A stretch of 64,000 bases of DNA from Candidatus Actinomarina sp. (GTDB lineage: Bacteria > Actinomycetota > Acidimicrobiia > Actinomarinales > Actinomarinaceae): assembly GCA_038147085.1 (NCBI GenBank), contig JAYQSV010000001.1, forward strand, positions 810,578 through 874,577, in the 5' to 3' direction. The number at the start of each line of letters is the position of its first letter. Position 1 is the first letter of the stretch. Below are positions 61,445 through 64,000 of the stretch, piece by piece. The notes beneath the pieces were generated by a model that had not been told where the DNA came from, did no database searches, and saw only the letters and a list, made by a program, of their open reading frames with translations. Position numbers and translations under genes: made by a program.

Positions 61445-62977
61445 ATGAACAACGTAATTGTTTCACCACATTATCTATCTACAGATATTGCTTCAAAAAT
61501 TTATGATAAAGGTGGAAATGCTGTTGATGCTGCGATAGCAACAAATCTTATACAAGGTATTGTTGCTCCTGAAACCTGCGGAATTGGTGGAGATCTGTTC
61601 GCATTAGTCTGGGTACCTGGTGAGATGAAGCCATATTTTTTAGATTCATCTGGATATGCTGGTGCCAATGTTAATCCAGATAAAATTAGTAATTTAGACT
61701 CAATTCCATTGAATCATCCATTTTCTGTAACTGTTCCAGGTGCAGTAGCTGGCTGGAACAATCTTCATGAAAGATTTGGTTCGCTTCCTATTGAAGAAAT
61801 TTTAGATTTAGGTATTGAACTTTGTCATAATGGTTTCCAGATTTCTGAGGAACTATTTCAAACTCTCAATCACCATAAAGAAGAGCTCAGTGGTCAAGCA
61901 TCTGGATATCACTTTTACAGAAACGATGAGCCATTTCATACTGGCCAGCATATTCGAAGAGTCCAATTAGGAAAAACATTGGAAATATTAAGAGATTCTG
62001 GATTAATGTCCTTTTACCAAGGCGAAATTGCAGATGCAATTTCAAAGTCAGTTTTAAATGTTATAACAAAAAAAGATTTGGAAGAATTTAATTCAAAATG
62101 GAGAGAACCTCTTCATCTAAAAATTTATGAATACGATGGCTGGACTACTCCACCTTCTACCCAAGGATATTTGACTTTAAGTACTTTAAAACTTTACGAA
62201 TTACTCGGCGGAACTAATTTAGATTATCATCAATTAATTGAATCCTACAGGATACTAGCAGCTGATAGAGATGCTATTACTTATGATTATCAAAACCAAG
62301 AAAAAAGTTTTATAGGTTGTGACTTAGATTATCTCAATGAGAAAGCCAAACTTTTTGATCCAAAAATGTCTAGTACTTTTACAGCACCAAAAGCACATGG
62401 TGGAGGTACAGCCTATATGAATACAGTTGATAAGAATGGTTTAGGTGTATCACTTATCCAATCAAATTTTTATGGTATTGGAAGCAGAATCGGTGTTGAA
62501 AAGTATGGTTTTTTTCTACATAACAGAGGATGTGGTTTTAATTTAATAAAAGGACATCCAAATTATTTACAACCAGGTAAAAAACCCTTACATACTTTAT
62601 CTCCTACCATTTGGAGTAAAGATAATAATCTAGAGTTCATTATTGGAACTCGTGGTGGTAGATATCAACCTCAGCTACTTGTACAAACTATTCTTCCCTA
62701 CTTATTGAATAAAATGAGTTTTGAAGAAATTGTTAAATTGCCACGATGGACTATTGATTATTTCTCATCTGATACAAACTCAAAATTAAAATTTGAAAAC
62801 ATAAATAAAATTCAGCATGATGAGCTCACGGCTCTTGGGCATGAAATTGAAAATTTAGGTGAATTAAAAAAAGGTAATGGACCAATTTCAATTATTTATA
62901 AAGAACAAAACAGCCAAAACTTTAAAGGAGTATGTGATGTAAGAGTTGGTACAGAAAAGGTGTTTAGTAGTTCTTAA
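61445..62977 (+). CDS. ggt: Gamma-glutamyltransferase family protein
   Basis: Ntn-hydrolase layout with the putative autoprocessing Thr in HGGGTAYMNTVD, and a GGxxQPQ-type region (GTRGGRYQPQ). Confidence 0.88.
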   Translation: MNNVIVSPHYLSTDIASKIYDKGGNAVDAAIATNLIQGIVAPETCGIGGDLFALVWVPGEMKPYFLDSSGYAGANVNPDKISNLDSIPLNHPFSVTVPGAVAGWNNLHERFGSLPIEEILDLGIELCHNGFQISEELFQTLNHHKEELSGQASGYHFYRNDEPFHTGQHIRRVQLGKTLEILRDSGLMSFYQGEIADAISKSVLNVITKKDLEEFNSKWREPLHLKIYEYDGWTTPPSTQGYLTLSTLKLYELLGGTNLDYHQLIESYRILAADRDAITYDYQNQEKSFIGCDLDYLNEKAKLFDPKMSSTFTAPKAHGGGTAYMNTVDKNGLGVSLIQSNFYGIGSRIGVEKYGFFLHNRGCGFNLIKGHPNYLQPGKKPLHTLSPTIWSKDNNLEFIIGTRGGRYQPQLLVQTILPYLLNKMSFEEIVKLPRWTIDYFSSDTNSKLKFENINKIQHDELTALGHEIENLGELKKGNGPISIIYKEQNSQNFKGVCDVRVGTEKVFSSS

Positions 62978-63395
62978 TCTCTTTTCGATGCTGTTTGTCT
63001 ACAATTTTACTTCGCTTGTCATAATCTTTTTTTCCCTTAGCAAGCGCTAGTTCAACTTTTACATAACCATTGCTTTCAAATAATTTAGTGGCTACTAATG
63101 TATAACCTTTTTGAGAAATCAGACCAATTAATCTTTTAATTTCATTTTTATGTAACAAAAGTTTTCTTGGTTTTTTAGGTTCGTAATCAATTAATGATGA
63201 AAATTTATATGGCTCTATATTCATTTCTCTTAGAAATGCTTCTTCGCCCTCTAAATTTGCAAAAGCATCAACAATTGATACAGCACCTTGACGAATACTT
63301 TTAGTTTCTGGTCCAGTTAATACAATACCTGCCTCATAAAACTCAATAAACTCATAAGAATTTCGAGCTTTTCTATTTTCTGCAAATACTTTCAT
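62964..63395 (-). CDS. smpB: SsrA-binding protein
   Basis: ENRKARNSYEFIEFYEAGIVLTG and KLLLHKNEI motifs. Confidence 0.95.
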   Translation of the reverse strand: MKVFAENRKARNSYEFIEFYEAGIVLTGPETKSIRQGAVSIVDAFANLEGEEAFLREMNIEPYKFSSLIDYEPKKPRKLLLHKNEIKRLIGLISQKGYTLVATKLFESNGYVKVELALAKGKKDYDKRSKIVDKQHRKEIKNY

Positions 63396-64000
63396 TAGTT
63401 TAAAAAGCAGTAAGGATTAACTCTCCCTCTAGAGGTTGGGTCTAAATATGGAAGAGAACATCCAGCAGACGAAGGGTTTTTGAGTCTAACTTCAAAATGC
63501 AAATGTGGACCAGTAGATCTTCCAGTGGTACCAACTGTACCAATTTGATCACCTGTTATAACAGTCTGGCCAACATTTACTTGTATTTTATCCATATGAA
63601 AATAAATGTGGTCATTCCACCACCATGGTCAATGAATACTGTATTTCCAGCTAAACCATAATATCTTGCAAGAATTACTACCCCACCCGCAGCAGCTTTA
63701 ATTGGAGTACCTCTACTGGCTGCAATATCTATAGCACCATGAAAACTTGTTGTGCCACCTAACCTTCTCCACTTATATCCACTTGAAACATAACCAGTTG
63801 TTATTGGCCAAGATAATTGATTTGGAGCTACTCCGCCTAAACTACTTAATCTATCTATGTCAGCTTGAATTGCATCCTCAAGTTTTTCTAAATCTGCATG
63901 TTCTTTATCAAGTTTTTCTAACTCTTTGTTAGCTTGATTTAGTAAATTTTGAGCATTTTGCCTAGCTTTTAAAACTTGAGCTTTTTTATTTTCGACTTGA
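63395..64000 (-). pseudogene. M23 (LytM-type) metallopeptidase with an N-terminal coiled coil, frame interrupted by a missing nucleotide; 5' end beyond the window
   Basis: The upstream frame (64000 to 63577) reads ...LEKLDKEHADLEKL...SGYKWRRLGGTTSFHGAIDIAASRGTPIKAAAGGVVILARYYGLAGNTVFIDHGGGMTTFIFIWIKYK-stop. The -1 frame (to 63395) continues IYFHMDKIQVNVGQTVITGDQIGTVGTTGRSTGPHLHFEV. Confidence 0.7.

Overview
Visibly AT-rich (roughly one-third G+C by eye), extremely gene-dense chromosomal core segment. Intergenic spacers are mostly under 50 nt and there are many 4-nt and 8-nt start/stop overlaps. Lineage markers point to a streamlined low-GC actinobacterium (marine Actinomarinales-like): WhiB, proteasome activator Bpa, Ni-superoxide dismutase with SodX, mycoredoxin, an MshB/Mca-like deacetylase, and DUF3107/DUF3152-like proteins. 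The gene order hom-thrC-rho-rpmE-prfA-prmC-tsaC-glyA-atpBEFHAGDC and tatD-ksgA-ispE-tRNA(Gln)-glmU-prs also fits. Content is housekeeping: ligA, mnmA/iscS, murA, deoC plus aldehyde dehydrogenases, gltB, amt, metG, sodN/sodX, korAB, a Pho-type two-component/NptA/PhoU cluster, the complete F1Fo ATP synthase operon, rho, threonine genes, an ABC exporter, tmRNA, smpB, trxA and ggt. I saw no rRNA, CRISPR array, transposase or integrase. Points worth a second look: (1) two single-nucleotide frame disruptions, in mscL and in an M23 peptidase; (2) a sensor-less histidine kinase coupled to NptA and PhoU; (3) a Cys-rich mini-ORF translationally coupled to sodX; (4) a perfect CRP-type palindrome in front of whiB; (5) a four-box GlnR-type array in front of amt; (6) a GC-enriched foldable leader in front of a DMT transporter; (7) a catalytic-domain-deleted ALDH paralog; (8) a Bpa homolog whose GQYL motif is no longer C-terminal; (9) absence of thrB from its conserved slot. 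No clear multi-gene novel system (for example a defence island) is supported. All functional calls come from by-eye motif recognition and need database confirmation.
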